From contig NC_007493.2 of NCBI RefSeq assembly GCF_000012905.2, positions 2,130,001 to 2,162,000 on the forward strand: a DNA stretch of 32,000 nt, read 5' to 3'. The position numbers and the translations under genes are program-made. This document shows, in pieces, positions 24,067 through 31,879 of the stretch. Numbering within the stretch: position 1 is the first letter of the stretch; the number at the start of each line of letters is the position of its first letter. This DNA is from Cereibacter sphaeroides 2.4.1 (GTDB lineage: Bacteria > Pseudomonadota > Alphaproteobacteria > Rhodobacterales > Rhodobacteraceae). The notes beneath the pieces are model-generated. The model searched no databases. It was not told the origin of the DNA and saw nothing but the letters and a program-made list of their open reading frames with translations.

Positions 24067-24500
24067 AGGGTGATCCTCCGCCCCTCGTCGTCCAGGATGT
24101 CGTTGCAGCCCAGGAGGGGATCAAGGGGCGCACAGGTCTGAGAGCGGGCGAGGCACCGGCCCGAGCAGTCGGACTCGCGGGCACAGCGCCTGCCCGCGTC
24201 GGGCGGCGTCTTCACGCAGGTGAAGAGCGCCTTCATCGTCACATAGCTGCCCCCGGCCTTCTCGCAGGCAAGCTGGCTGGGCGAGACGACCGCGGGCGGC
24301 GGCTCTGCCGTGGTTTCCGGGGCGCTGCCGGGGCCGGGTGCGGGCGGGACGGCCGCCGGCGCCGGATCGGTCAGGGTCGTCACCTCGACCGGAGGGGCGG
24401 CGAGCGGCTGCGGATCTAGGGCGGGCGGCCCGCCTGCATCCGCCGCGAGCCGGCAGGCTCCGAGCGCGAGGAGCGCAAGCAGGAGAAGCGGTCGGCGCAT
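24054..24500 (-). CDS. Cys-rich lipoprotein (148 aa)
   Basis: MRRPLLLLALLALGAC is a signal peptide plus lipobox. A Pro/Ala-rich linker follows, then a C-terminal module with 8 Cys (ACEKAGG...TCVKT...RCARESDCSGRCLARSQTCAP...GCND...LCLD). Its last 13 nt overlap the lipocalin gene start. Confidence 0.65.
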   Translation of the reverse strand: MRRPLLLLALLALGACRLAADAGGPPALDPQPLAAPPVEVTTLTDPAPAAVPPAPGPGSAPETTAEPPPAVVSPSQLACEKAGGSYVTMKALFTCVKTPPDAGRRCARESDCSGRCLARSQTCAPLDPLLGCNDILDDEGRRITLCLD

Positions 24501-24578
24501 GTCTGTCTCGTCCTCCGGGCCGCGCGAGAGGCGCGGCGCCCCGCCAGATGGCGCGAAGCGCGCGCCTTCCGCAAGGGC

Positions 24579-25619
24579 TCAGTAGGGCGCGGGCCAGGTG
24601 CGATGGGCCGCCGCGATCTCGGCCTCGACCTTGGGGGACAGCTCGAGGTCACAGGCGCCGAGGTTGGTGCGCAGCTGGTCGAGCGAGGTCGCGCCGAGGA
24701 TCGGGATCACCGGGAAAGGACGCTTGCGGCAGAAGGCGAGCGCCATCTGGCAGGGGTCGAGCCCGTGGCGCGCCGCGATCCCGAGATAGCCCGCCACCGC
24801 CTCGAAGACGGTGGGCGTGACGCGCCCGCCCAGCGTGGCATTGCGTTCGCGGCGCGAGCCGTCGGGCGTCACGTCTCCGGCATATTTGCCCGACAGAAGC
24901 CCCGCAGCGAGGGGCGAGAAGGCCAGAAGCGGCATCTCCTCCAGCGCGGACAGCTCGGCCCAGTCGGTGTCGAACTGGCGGCAGAGCAGGGAATATTCGT
25001 TCTGGACCGTGGCCATGCGCGGCAGCCCGTGCCGGTCGGCGAGCGACAGCCACTGCGCCGCGCCCCAGACCGTCTCGTTCGAAAGGCCGAAATGGCGCAC
25101 CTTGCCCTCGGCCACCAGCTTCTGCGCCTCTTCGAGCACCGCGACCATGTTGTCGCGCACCGCCTCGACCCCCGTGGGCGGCACATAGGCCCACATCTTG
25201 CGGAAGTGATAGGAGCCCCGGTTCGGCCAGTGGATCTGGTAGAGATCGACATGATCGGTGCCGAGCCGCGCGAGCGAGCCCTCGAGCGCGCGGCGCAGGC
25301 TCTCGGGCGTCACCTGCTCGCCGCCGCGCACCGCCGCACTGCCCTCGCCGGTGATCTTGGTCGCAAGCACGATCCGGTCGCGCCCGCCCCGCGCGGCAAG
25401 CCAGCGGCCGATGATGGTTTCGGTGCCGCCCACCGTCTCGGCCGTCACGGGATTGGTCGGATACATCTCGGCCGTGTCGAGGAAATTCACCCCGTGGTCG
25501 AGGGCGAGGTCGATCTGGGCATGGGCTTCGGCCTCGCTGTTCTGGCTGCCCCAGGTCATCGTGCCGAGGCAGAGTTCGGAAACGGTCAGATCGGTGCGGC
25601 CGAGGGGGATGCGCTTCAT
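24579..25619 (-). CDS. NADP(H)-dependent aldo/keto reductase (Tas-like)
   Basis: 346 aa with AGGAGA upstream. The blocks MKRIPLGRTDLTVSELCLGTMTWG...ALDHGVNFLDTAEMYP...VDLYQIHWP...FGLSNE are typical AKR. Confidence 0.92.
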   Translation of the reverse strand: MKRIPLGRTDLTVSELCLGTMTWGSQNSEAEAHAQIDLALDHGVNFLDTAEMYPTNPVTAETVGGTETIIGRWLAARGGRDRIVLATKITGEGSAAVRGGEQVTPESLRRALEGSLARLGTDHVDLYQIHWPNRGSYHFRKMWAYVPPTGVEAVRDNMVAVLEEAQKLVAEGKVRHFGLSNETVWGAAQWLSLADRHGLPRMATVQNEYSLLCRQFDTDWAELSALEEMPLLAFSPLAAGLLSGKYAGDVTPDGSRRERNATLGGRVTPTVFEAVAGYLGIAARHGLDPCQMALAFCRKRPFPVIPILGATSLDQLRTNLGACDLELSPKVEAEIAAAHRTWPAPY

Positions 25620-25853
25620 ATGGGTCTCCTGTTCTGCGGTTGCAGCCTAGCCCGCCTGCCTGCGATGGCAAGGCAGGGCGCCGGTCTGCGCGCCGGCGCG
25701 TCGGCGGAGAGCAGCTTCCCTCAGGAGGGTTCGACGCGCGGCAGGCGCGAGAGCGTCCCCTCGTCGCCGCACGGAGATCGAGAAGATGGGCGCCCGACGC
25801 AGGGCCGCGATGATGCGTTTCATCCCTCCGCTCGCCCCTGCATGAGGGATTGA

Positions 25854-25868
25854 GAACATAGGCGGAAC
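25854..25868. promoter_or_regulatory. Alphaproteobacterial LexA (SOS) box, GAAC-N7-GAAC (= GTTC-N7-GTTC on the other strand)
   Basis: GAACATAGGCGGAAC is an exact match to the direct-repeat SOS operator described for Rhodobacter sphaeroides and other Alphaproteobacteria. It ends 16 nt before the ATG of the ImuA-like gene. Confidence 0.65.
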
Positions 25869-25884
25869 ATGCCAAGGTGCCCGC

Positions 25885-26493
25885 ATGACGACTCAGCTTC
25901 TTGACCGCCACGGAGCCCGGGTCCGGCCGATGCAGCGGCTGGTGGGCGATCTCGCGATCTCGCGCGCGCGGGTGCATGAATTCTGCGGGCCGGCGCGCCG
26001 GGTGCTCGCCATGTCCCTGATGGCGCATTGTCAGGGCCCGGTGATCTGGATCCATCCCGGCTGGCGGCCCGAGCGGCTCTATCCCGACGGGATGCACGAG
26101 TTCGTCGAGCCCGGCCGGATGATCTTTGCCCGCACCCGCCGCCCCGAGGATCTGCTCTGGTCGATGGAAGAGACGCTGCGCTCGGGGACGGTGCCGCTCG
26201 TGGTGGTCGACCTGATCGAACCGCCGCCGCTGACGCCGGTGCGCCGGCAGCATCTGGCGGCCGAGACCGGAAGCGAGGCCGCCGCAGAGATGGGGATCGA
26301 TCCGCCGCTCGGGATCCTGCTCACACCCGGCCGGGGCGGCGCGCCGGGGATCGAGACGCGCTGGCACATGGCCTATGCGCCCCGCGACCGCTGGCGGCTC
26401 GACCGGCTCCGGTCCCGGATGGAGCCGCCCGCGGGATGGATCCTGCACCGCGGCCGCGACGGGATCGAGATCGAGGGCCGGGCCGCCGACTGA
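25885..26493 (+). CDS. ImuA-like (RecA-fold, SOS mutagenesis cassette) protein, short form
   Basis: 202 aa. Several blocks resemble ImuA proteins as I recall them: RARVHEFCG..., [60 protein letters not shown] and [10 protein letters not shown]. The LexA box immediately upstream supports the call. No Walker A motif is present, as expected for ImuA. Confidence 0.6.
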
Positions 26494-26636
26494 CCCCGAC
26501 CCTGCCCGACCCGCGCTCGGGCGCCCCGACCTCCAACGGGCCTTCGCGGGCGGCGCGCCGGCGCGAAATCATCCTCTGGCCCTCGCGAGCGTCCGGCGCT
26601 AAACAGCCCGCGGTCGGGACACAGGGATTACTGGGC

Positions 26637-28355
26637 ATGGCGCGGATACTCATCACTTCGGCGATCCCCTACATCAACGGGATCAAGCATCTGGGCAATC
26701 TGGTCGGAAGCCAGCTTCCGGCGGATCTCTATGCCCGCTACATGCGCGGCCGCGGCCACGAGGTCATGTTCATCTGCGCCACCGACGAGCACGGCACCCC
26801 GGCCGAGCTCGCCGCCGCCAAGGCCGGCAAGCCGGTCGAGGATTATTGCGCCGAGATGCACGAGGTGCAGAAGGAGATCGCCGCGGGCTTCCGGCTCTCC
26901 TTCGACCATTTCGGCCGCTCGTCGAGCGCGCGGAACCACCGGCTGACCCAGCATTTCGCCGGGGCGCTGGCCGAGAACGGCTTCATCGAGGAAGTGGTCG
27001 AGCGCCAGTTCTTCTCGGTGGCCGACAACCGCTTCCTGCCCGACCGCTACATCGAGGGCACCTGCCCCAACTGCGGCTATGACAAGGCGCGCGGCGACCA
27101 GTGCGAGAACTGCACCAAGCAGCTCGACCCGACCGACCTGATCGACCCGCGCTCCGCCATCTCGGGCTCGACCGAGCTCGAGCTGCGCGAGACGAAGCAT
27201 CTCTACCTGCGCCAGCGGGCGCTGAAGGACGAGATCGAGGCCTGGATCGACAGCAAGACCGACTGGCCGGTGCTGACCACCTCGATCGCGAAGAAATGGC
27301 TGCACGACGGCGAGGGGCTGCAGGACCGCGGCATCACCCGCGACCTGAAATGGGGCGTGCCGGTGCGCAAGGGCAGCGAACCCTGGCCCGGCATGGAGGG
27401 CAAGGTTTTCTACGTCTGGTTCGACGCGCCCATCGAATATATCGCGGGCACGGCGGAATGGGCCGATGCCAACGGCAAGGCCGACGCCGACTGGGAGCGC
27501 TGGTGGCGCACCGACAGGGGCGCGGAGGACGTGCGCTACGTCCAGTTCATGGGCAAGGACAACGTGCCCTTCCACACGCTCTCCTTCCCGGCCACGATCA
27601 TGGGCTCGCGCGAGCCCTGGAAGCTCGTGGATTACATCAAGTCGTTCAATTACCTGAACTATGACGGCGGCCAGTTCTCGACCAGCCAGGGCCGCGGCGT
27701 GTTCATGGATCAGGCGCTCTCGATCCTGCCCGCCGACTACTGGCGCTGGTGGCTCCTGTCGCACGCGCCCGAGAATTCGGACAGCGAATTCACCTGGGAG
27801 AATTTCCAGAGCTCGGTGAACAAGGATCTGGCCGACGTGCTGGGCAACCTCGTGAGCCGGGTTACGAAATTCTGCCGCTCGAAATTCGGCGAGACGGTTC
27901 CCGCGGGCGGCAGCCCGGGCGAGCGCGAGCATCAGCTGGTGGCCGAGCTGCAGCAGCGGCTGGCGGCCTACGAGGCCTGCATGGAGGCGATGGAGGTGCG
28001 CAAGGCCGCCTCCGAACTGCGCGCGCTCTGGGTGGCGGGCAACGAATATCTGCAGTCCGCCGCCCCCTGGACGGTGGTCAAGACCGATCCCGAGCAGGCG
28101 CAGGCGATGATCCGCCTCGCGCTGAACCTGATCCGGCTCTATGCGGTGATCTCGCGGCCCTTCATCCCGGATGCGGCGGCCTCGATGATGGCCTCGCTCG
28201 GCTGCGAGGACTGGAGCTGGCCCGCCGATGTCGGCCGCGCGCTCGAGGTGCTGCCCGCAGGCCATGGCTTCACCACGCCCGAGGTTCTCTTCCGCAAGAT
28301 CACCGACGAGGAGCGCGCCGAATGGCAGACGCGCTTCTCCGGCGTGCGGAGCTGA
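26637..28355 (+). CDS. metG: Methionine--tRNA ligase (archaeal/eukaryote-like type, single Zn knuckle)
   Basis: In-frame ATG at 26637 in track ORF 26028..28355. 572 aa. [19 protein letters not shown] (HIGH-type motif HLGN), [36 protein letters not shown], and the KMSKS-position loop reading [13 protein letters not shown]. Confidence 0.97.
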
Positions 28356-28436
28356 GCGGCGCGGCTCGGGCCGAGGCCGTTCCGGAAACGGCGGTGATGC
28401 GGTGCGGCTGGCCTCTTATTGCTGGCGGTCCGAAGC

Positions 28437-28475
28437 GGGGGGCTGTCTGCCCCCCGGCCCGGCCTGCGGCCGGGC
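28437..28475 (+). terminator. Two adjacent perfect GC hairpins downstream of metG
   Basis: GGGGGGC-tgtct-GCCCCCC (28437-28455) is followed by GCCCGGCC-tgc-GGCCGGGC (28457-28475). A third stem, GCCGTT-ccgga-AACGGC, lies at about 28376-28392. All sit in the 275-nt gap between the convergent metG and antiporter genes. Confidence 0.5.
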
Positions 28476-28630
28476 TCCCCCCGAGGATATTTGCGCCAGA
28501 ATGAACAGGGCTGCCGGGCGTAGGGCCTGACGGGGCGCGCTTCGCCCGGGGTGGCTCTGCGGAGGCGGTGCGCCCCTGGCCGGGCGGCCCCGGAGGGGGC
28601 GGGCGGGAGGGAAGCCCGGGCGCTGCCCCG

Positions 28631-31129
28631 TCAGATCGCGCTGAGGTCGATCGTGACATTGCGGCGGGCGGCACTCTCCACAGCGGCTTCCTGCAGCGTC
28701 CTGTTGCGGCGCAGAAGCTCGAGGAAGCGCGCCTCGTCGAGGCTGAGAAGCGTGCCATGGCTGATCGCCGTCACCTGCGCCTTGCGGGTCTTGCGGGTCA
28801 GGATCGCGAGCTGGCCGAACATCTCGCCGCGCCCGAGGCGGACCTTCTGGCCCGCCACATCCGACTCGACCGCGCCGGAGGCGATGAAGAACACCTTGCG
28901 CGGCACGTCGCCCCGGCGCAGGAGCACGTCTCCCGGCCGGACATAGACCGTCTGCAGGAGCCGCTCGAGCGCGCGCAGCTGATCCTCTTCCATCTCCGCG
29001 AAGAGCGGGAACTGGCGGACGAGCTCGACCTTCTGGACCGCCAGATCGAGGTGCGGGCGGCGTTCCTTCTTGCCGCGCGCCACCTGGATGCGCTGGCGCA
29101 GGGTCATGAAGAGTTCCTGCCCGATCAGCCCGTCGTCGTGCAGCATCTCGTACTCCCGCAGCTCGAGCTGGAGCGCGGTGCGGCGGATGAAGCTGCGCAC
29201 CATCTCCTCGGAATAGCCCGGATACTGCAGCCGCAGCGCCTCGAGCGCCTGCTCGGTCTCTTCCTCGCGACGCTTCAGCATCTCGTGCAGGATCTCGGCC
29301 ACGCGCCGGCCGTGGATGCGGCGGATCTTGCCGTCGATCAGCCCGTGCAGGTCGCCGAGGATCAGCCGCTGGGTCAGCAGCATCTCGAACCGGTCGGAGG
29401 TGAGCTGGCTCAGCCAGCGCGTGATCTTCAGCCGGTTGTGCGCCCAGACCGCGATCCGGTGCTGACGCCCGAGCCCCAGCGCCCGCCGCCCCGCCGCGCG
29501 ATAGCCGTCGCGGCCCTGCAGGCGCGTGCGTTCGATCAGCCGGTCGACATCGACCAGCATCGCCTCGGCCAGACGCGGCGAGATGATCTGCTGGCGGAAG
29601 GCCGCGAGGATCGCGTCGCGCTCGCGCCCGGCCAGCGCCACGAGCCCCAGCGTGATCCGGTCGCGGTCGGGAATGTCGTCGGCGCTGTCGTCGGCCAGTT
29701 CCACCGCGCGGGCGAGCCGCTGGCCGAAGCCCTTGGCCTCGGATCGCACGATCTGGGGGTCGAGCTCGCGCTCGCGCACCGTCTCGGCCACGCCCTCGCG
29801 CACGTTCTGCAGCGCGACCGCGATCACCTGGTTCGACAGCGCCAGATCGAGCGGCGTGAGCCGCGCGAGGCCGAGCCGCCGGATCACCCAGCGCAGCGTC
29901 GTCCCCTGCGCGAGGAGCGTGAAGAGCACGAAGCCCGTGGCGAGGATGCCCACCTCGCGCTTCACATGCGGCGGGACCATCGGGTTCTCGGTCACCGCGA
30001 GCGCCAGCGCGAGGGTGACGGCGCCGCGCAGCCCGCCCCAGAGGATCGCGACGCGGTAGGGCCGCTCGACCCGGGGCGAGAGGTTGAAGCGCGTGAGAAG
30101 CGGCAGGAGCCCCGAGAGCATGACGCCGCGGGCCACGACCGCGGCCAGCGCCACCACGCCGATGAGCAGCAGGTCCCATCCCGTCGCGCGCCCGATCAGC
30201 CGCGGGATGAGGAGCGCCGCGACGATGAAGATGAGCGAGCCCGCCCAGTGCGACAGCATCTCCCAGATGTCGCTGAGCAGCTTCCAGGTGGCGGGGCTGA
30301 GGCGGCCCGGTCCGGTGAGATTCATCGCGATGCCCGCCGTCACCACCGCGATCACGCCCGAGGCATGGAAGCCCTGCTCGGCCAGCACATAGGTGAGGTA
30401 GGGCAAGGCGAGGCTCAGCGAGAGCTGCGCCGTCGGATGGGACGCCATCCGCGTCATCAGAAAGAGCGCGATCCGCGCCATGAGGTAGCCGAGCCCCAGA
30501 CCGCCCAGGATCAGCAGCGGAAACTCCACCAGTGCCTGACGCAGGGTCGGGTCGGGCACGCCCGCCATCACGAAGGTGAGGAAGAAGCCGAAGAGCGCGA
30601 TGGCCGCCGCGTCGTTCAGGAGGCTCTCGCCCTCGACGATCCTCGTGAGCCGCTGCGGCGCCGCGATCGAGCGGAAGATGCTGACCACGGCCGACGGGTC
30701 GGTGGTCGAGACGATCGAGCCGAGCAGGAGGCAGGCCGCGAGCGACATGGAGCTGAACGGTTGCAGCGCAAAGCCGATGGCGAGGGTCGAGACCAGCACC
30801 GCCACAACGGCCATCACGAGGATCGGCACCCAGTCGTCGATCATCCGCCGGATGTTCAGGCTGAGCGAGACCTGAAACAGCAGCGTGGGCAGGAAGATGT
30901 AGAGGAAGACGCTCGACCGGATCGGGAGGGCCAGAAGGTCGGCCACCTCGGGCGGGAAGCTCGCCGCCACCCCGCTGCGCTGAAGCCAGAGCGCGAGCGT
31001 GCCGAGCATGGCCCCCACCACGGCGAGGACCACCGAATAGGGCAGCCTGAGGCGGGCCGCGACGGGCTCGCAGGCGGCGATCACGATGAAAAGGACCGCA
31101 AGGGCCGTGACGAGCAGGACGATGTTCAT
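28631..31129 (-). CDS. CPA1-family (NhaP-type) Na+(K+)/H+ antiporter fused to a C-terminal cyclic-nucleotide-binding domain
   Basis: 832 aa. About 12 TM helices are present, including LLLGSIVSTTDPSAV and ESLLNDAAAIALF (the exchanger TDP/ND signatures). A long helical linker follows. The C-terminal CAP-type domain is FPLFAEMEEDQLRALERLLQTVYVRPGDVLLRRGDVPRKVFFIASGAVE...GEMFGQLAILTRKTRKAQVTA. Two longer overlapping track ORFs were rejected. Confidence 0.9.
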   Translation of the reverse strand: MNIVLLVTALAVLFIVIAACEPVAARLRLPYSVVLAVVGAMLGTLALWLQRSGVAASFPPEVADLLALPIRSSVFLYIFLPTLLFQVSLSLNIRRMIDDWVPILVMAVVAVLVSTLAIGFALQPFSSMSLAACLLLGSIVSTTDPSAVVSIFRSIAAPQRLTRIVEGESLLNDAAAIALFGFFLTFVMAGVPDPTLRQALVEFPLLILGGLGLGYLMARIALFLMTRMASHPTAQLSLSLALPYLTYVLAEQGFHASGVIAVVTAGIAMNLTGPGRLSPATWKLLSDIWEMLSHWAGSLIFIVAALLIPRLIGRATGWDLLLIGVVALAAVVARGVMLSGLLPLLTRFNLSPRVERPYRVAILWGGLRGAVTLALALAVTENPMVPPHVKREVGILATGFVLFTLLAQGTTLRWVIRRLGLARLTPLDLALSNQVIAVALQNVREGVAETVRERELDPQIVRSEAKGFGQRLARAVELADDSADDIPDRDRITLGLVALAGRERDAILAAFRQQIISPRLAEAMLVDVDRLIERTRLQGRDGYRAAGRRALGLGRQHRIAVWAHNRLKITRWLSQLTSDRFEMLLTQRLILGDLHGLIDGKIRRIHGRRVAEILHEMLKRREEETEQALEALRLQYPGYSEEMVRSFIRRTALQLELREYEMLHDDGLIGQELFMTLRQRIQVARGKKERRPHLDLAVQKVELVRQFPLFAEMEEDQLRALERLLQTVYVRPGDVLLRRGDVPRKVFFIASGAVESDVAGQKVRLGRGEMFGQLAILTRKTRKAQVTAISHGTLLSLDEARFLELLRRNRTLQEAAVESAARRNVTIDLSAI

Positions 31130-31202
31130 GGAGGTGTGATAGGCGCTTCGCGGCGCCGGGAAAACCCGCCACCGCGCAGGTCCTGTGGACGGGGCGTCCG
31201 GT

Positions 31203-31547
31203 TCAGTGCGCGATCTGCGCGGCGCGGCTGCCGAGCTTGTAGGCCCGCGCCTTCGTCATCGGCGCATGATCGACGAAGCCCTTTTCCACCAGAGAGCGCA
31301 GGGCGCGGTGGAACGTCGGCGTCGCGATGGCGTTGCACAGCGTGTGGCGCCGGATCGCGTCCGAACGGACGACAGTATCTTCGGTCTCGCCCAGAAGCTT
31401 CACCGCATAGAGCACATCCAGCTCATTGCGAGAAAGTTCTGCGATGCCAAGATCATGTTCAAGTCCAAGAAGAAGCTCTCTGAGCTGCGCGACGCTGTGG
31501 AAACGCCGCGAGGCGGTCATCCGCTCGTCCATCTTGCTTCCGTCCAC
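31203..31547 (-). CDS. Small winged-helix (MarR-like) DNA-binding protein (114 aa)
   Basis: GTG start with GGGGGAG 5 nt upstream. LSRNELDVLYAVKLLGETEDTVVRSDAIRRHTLCNAIATPTFHRALRSLVEKGFVDH looks like a wHTH recognition unit. GC3 is only about 75 %, lowest in the 5' half. It lies 73 nt upstream of the antiporter on the same strand. Confidence 0.6.
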   Translation of the reverse strand: MDGSKMDERMTASRRFHSVAQLRELLLGLEHDLGIAELSRNELDVLYAVKLLGETEDTVVRSDAIRRHTLCNAIATPTFHRALRSLVEKGFVDHAPMTKARAYKLGSRAAQIAH

Positions 31548-31603
31548 CTTTACTCCCCCTAACTGTCTTCAATAAAAATTAAAATCGGCTAGCGCGACAT
31601 ACA

Positions 31604-31879
31604 TTAGCCGAGGTTCCCGATCTCTTGGCAAGCGTCAAAATGTCGCGCCAATTTGTCTATAGGTGCAACTTGCATCCGCCCGGCATCGAAGAGGCCGACG
31701 AGACGGCCGGACGGCAGCGACGGCGGCTGGATGTCAGGCTGAAAACCTGTTCCAAACAACGCATTCGCGTTCCGGAAGAATGCCGCGGACAAGCAGTCGC
31801 GCCATGATCGAGCGAACCGACCACCGGACGGTCGAGCGGCGGGGGACGCGCGGAGCGCCTTTTTCGCAGGCAGGGTCAT
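31604..31879 (-). CDS. Hypothetical protein (91 aa)
   Basis: The ATG at 31879 (MTLPAKKALRA...) overlaps the stop of the upstream partial gene as ATGA. GC3 is about 67 %, low for this genome. I recognised no motif. The longer track version (start 31951) competes with a better-coding frame. Confidence 0.35.
   Translation of the reverse strand: MTLPAKKALRASPAARPSGGRFARSWRDCLSAAFFRNANALFGTGFQPDIQPPSLPSGRLVGLFDAGRMQVAPIDKLARHFDACQEIGNLG

Noticed and set aside
22388-24184. 598-aa minus-strand ORF
   Set aside because: It spans the NUDIX gene antisense and reads the exported-protein genes out of frame. The composition is Arg/Gly/Pro-rich, and the individual smaller genes have SDs and signal peptides.
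25647-25886. Small Arg-rich minus-strand ORF (internal start MKRIIAALRR... at about 25822) on the other side of the LexA box
   Set aside because: GGAGGG abuts the ATG with no spacing. The product is extremely Arg/Ala-rich with no motif. I prefer to treat 25620-25884 as the promoter region. A divergent SOS-regulated micro-ORF cannot be fully excluded.
24603-26448. 416-aa + strand and 599-aa minus-strand ORFs
   Set aside because: They are antisense or off-frame to the aldo/keto reductase and the ImuA-like gene, with junk composition.
26628-28265. 545-aa minus-strand ORF
   Set aside because: It is antisense to metG.
28416-31483. 918-aa minus-strand and 971-aa plus-strand ORFs
   Set aside because: They are off-frame or antisense to the 832-aa antiporter-CNBD gene. 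Only the 28631..31129 frame gives TM helices, the exchanger signatures and a CNBD.
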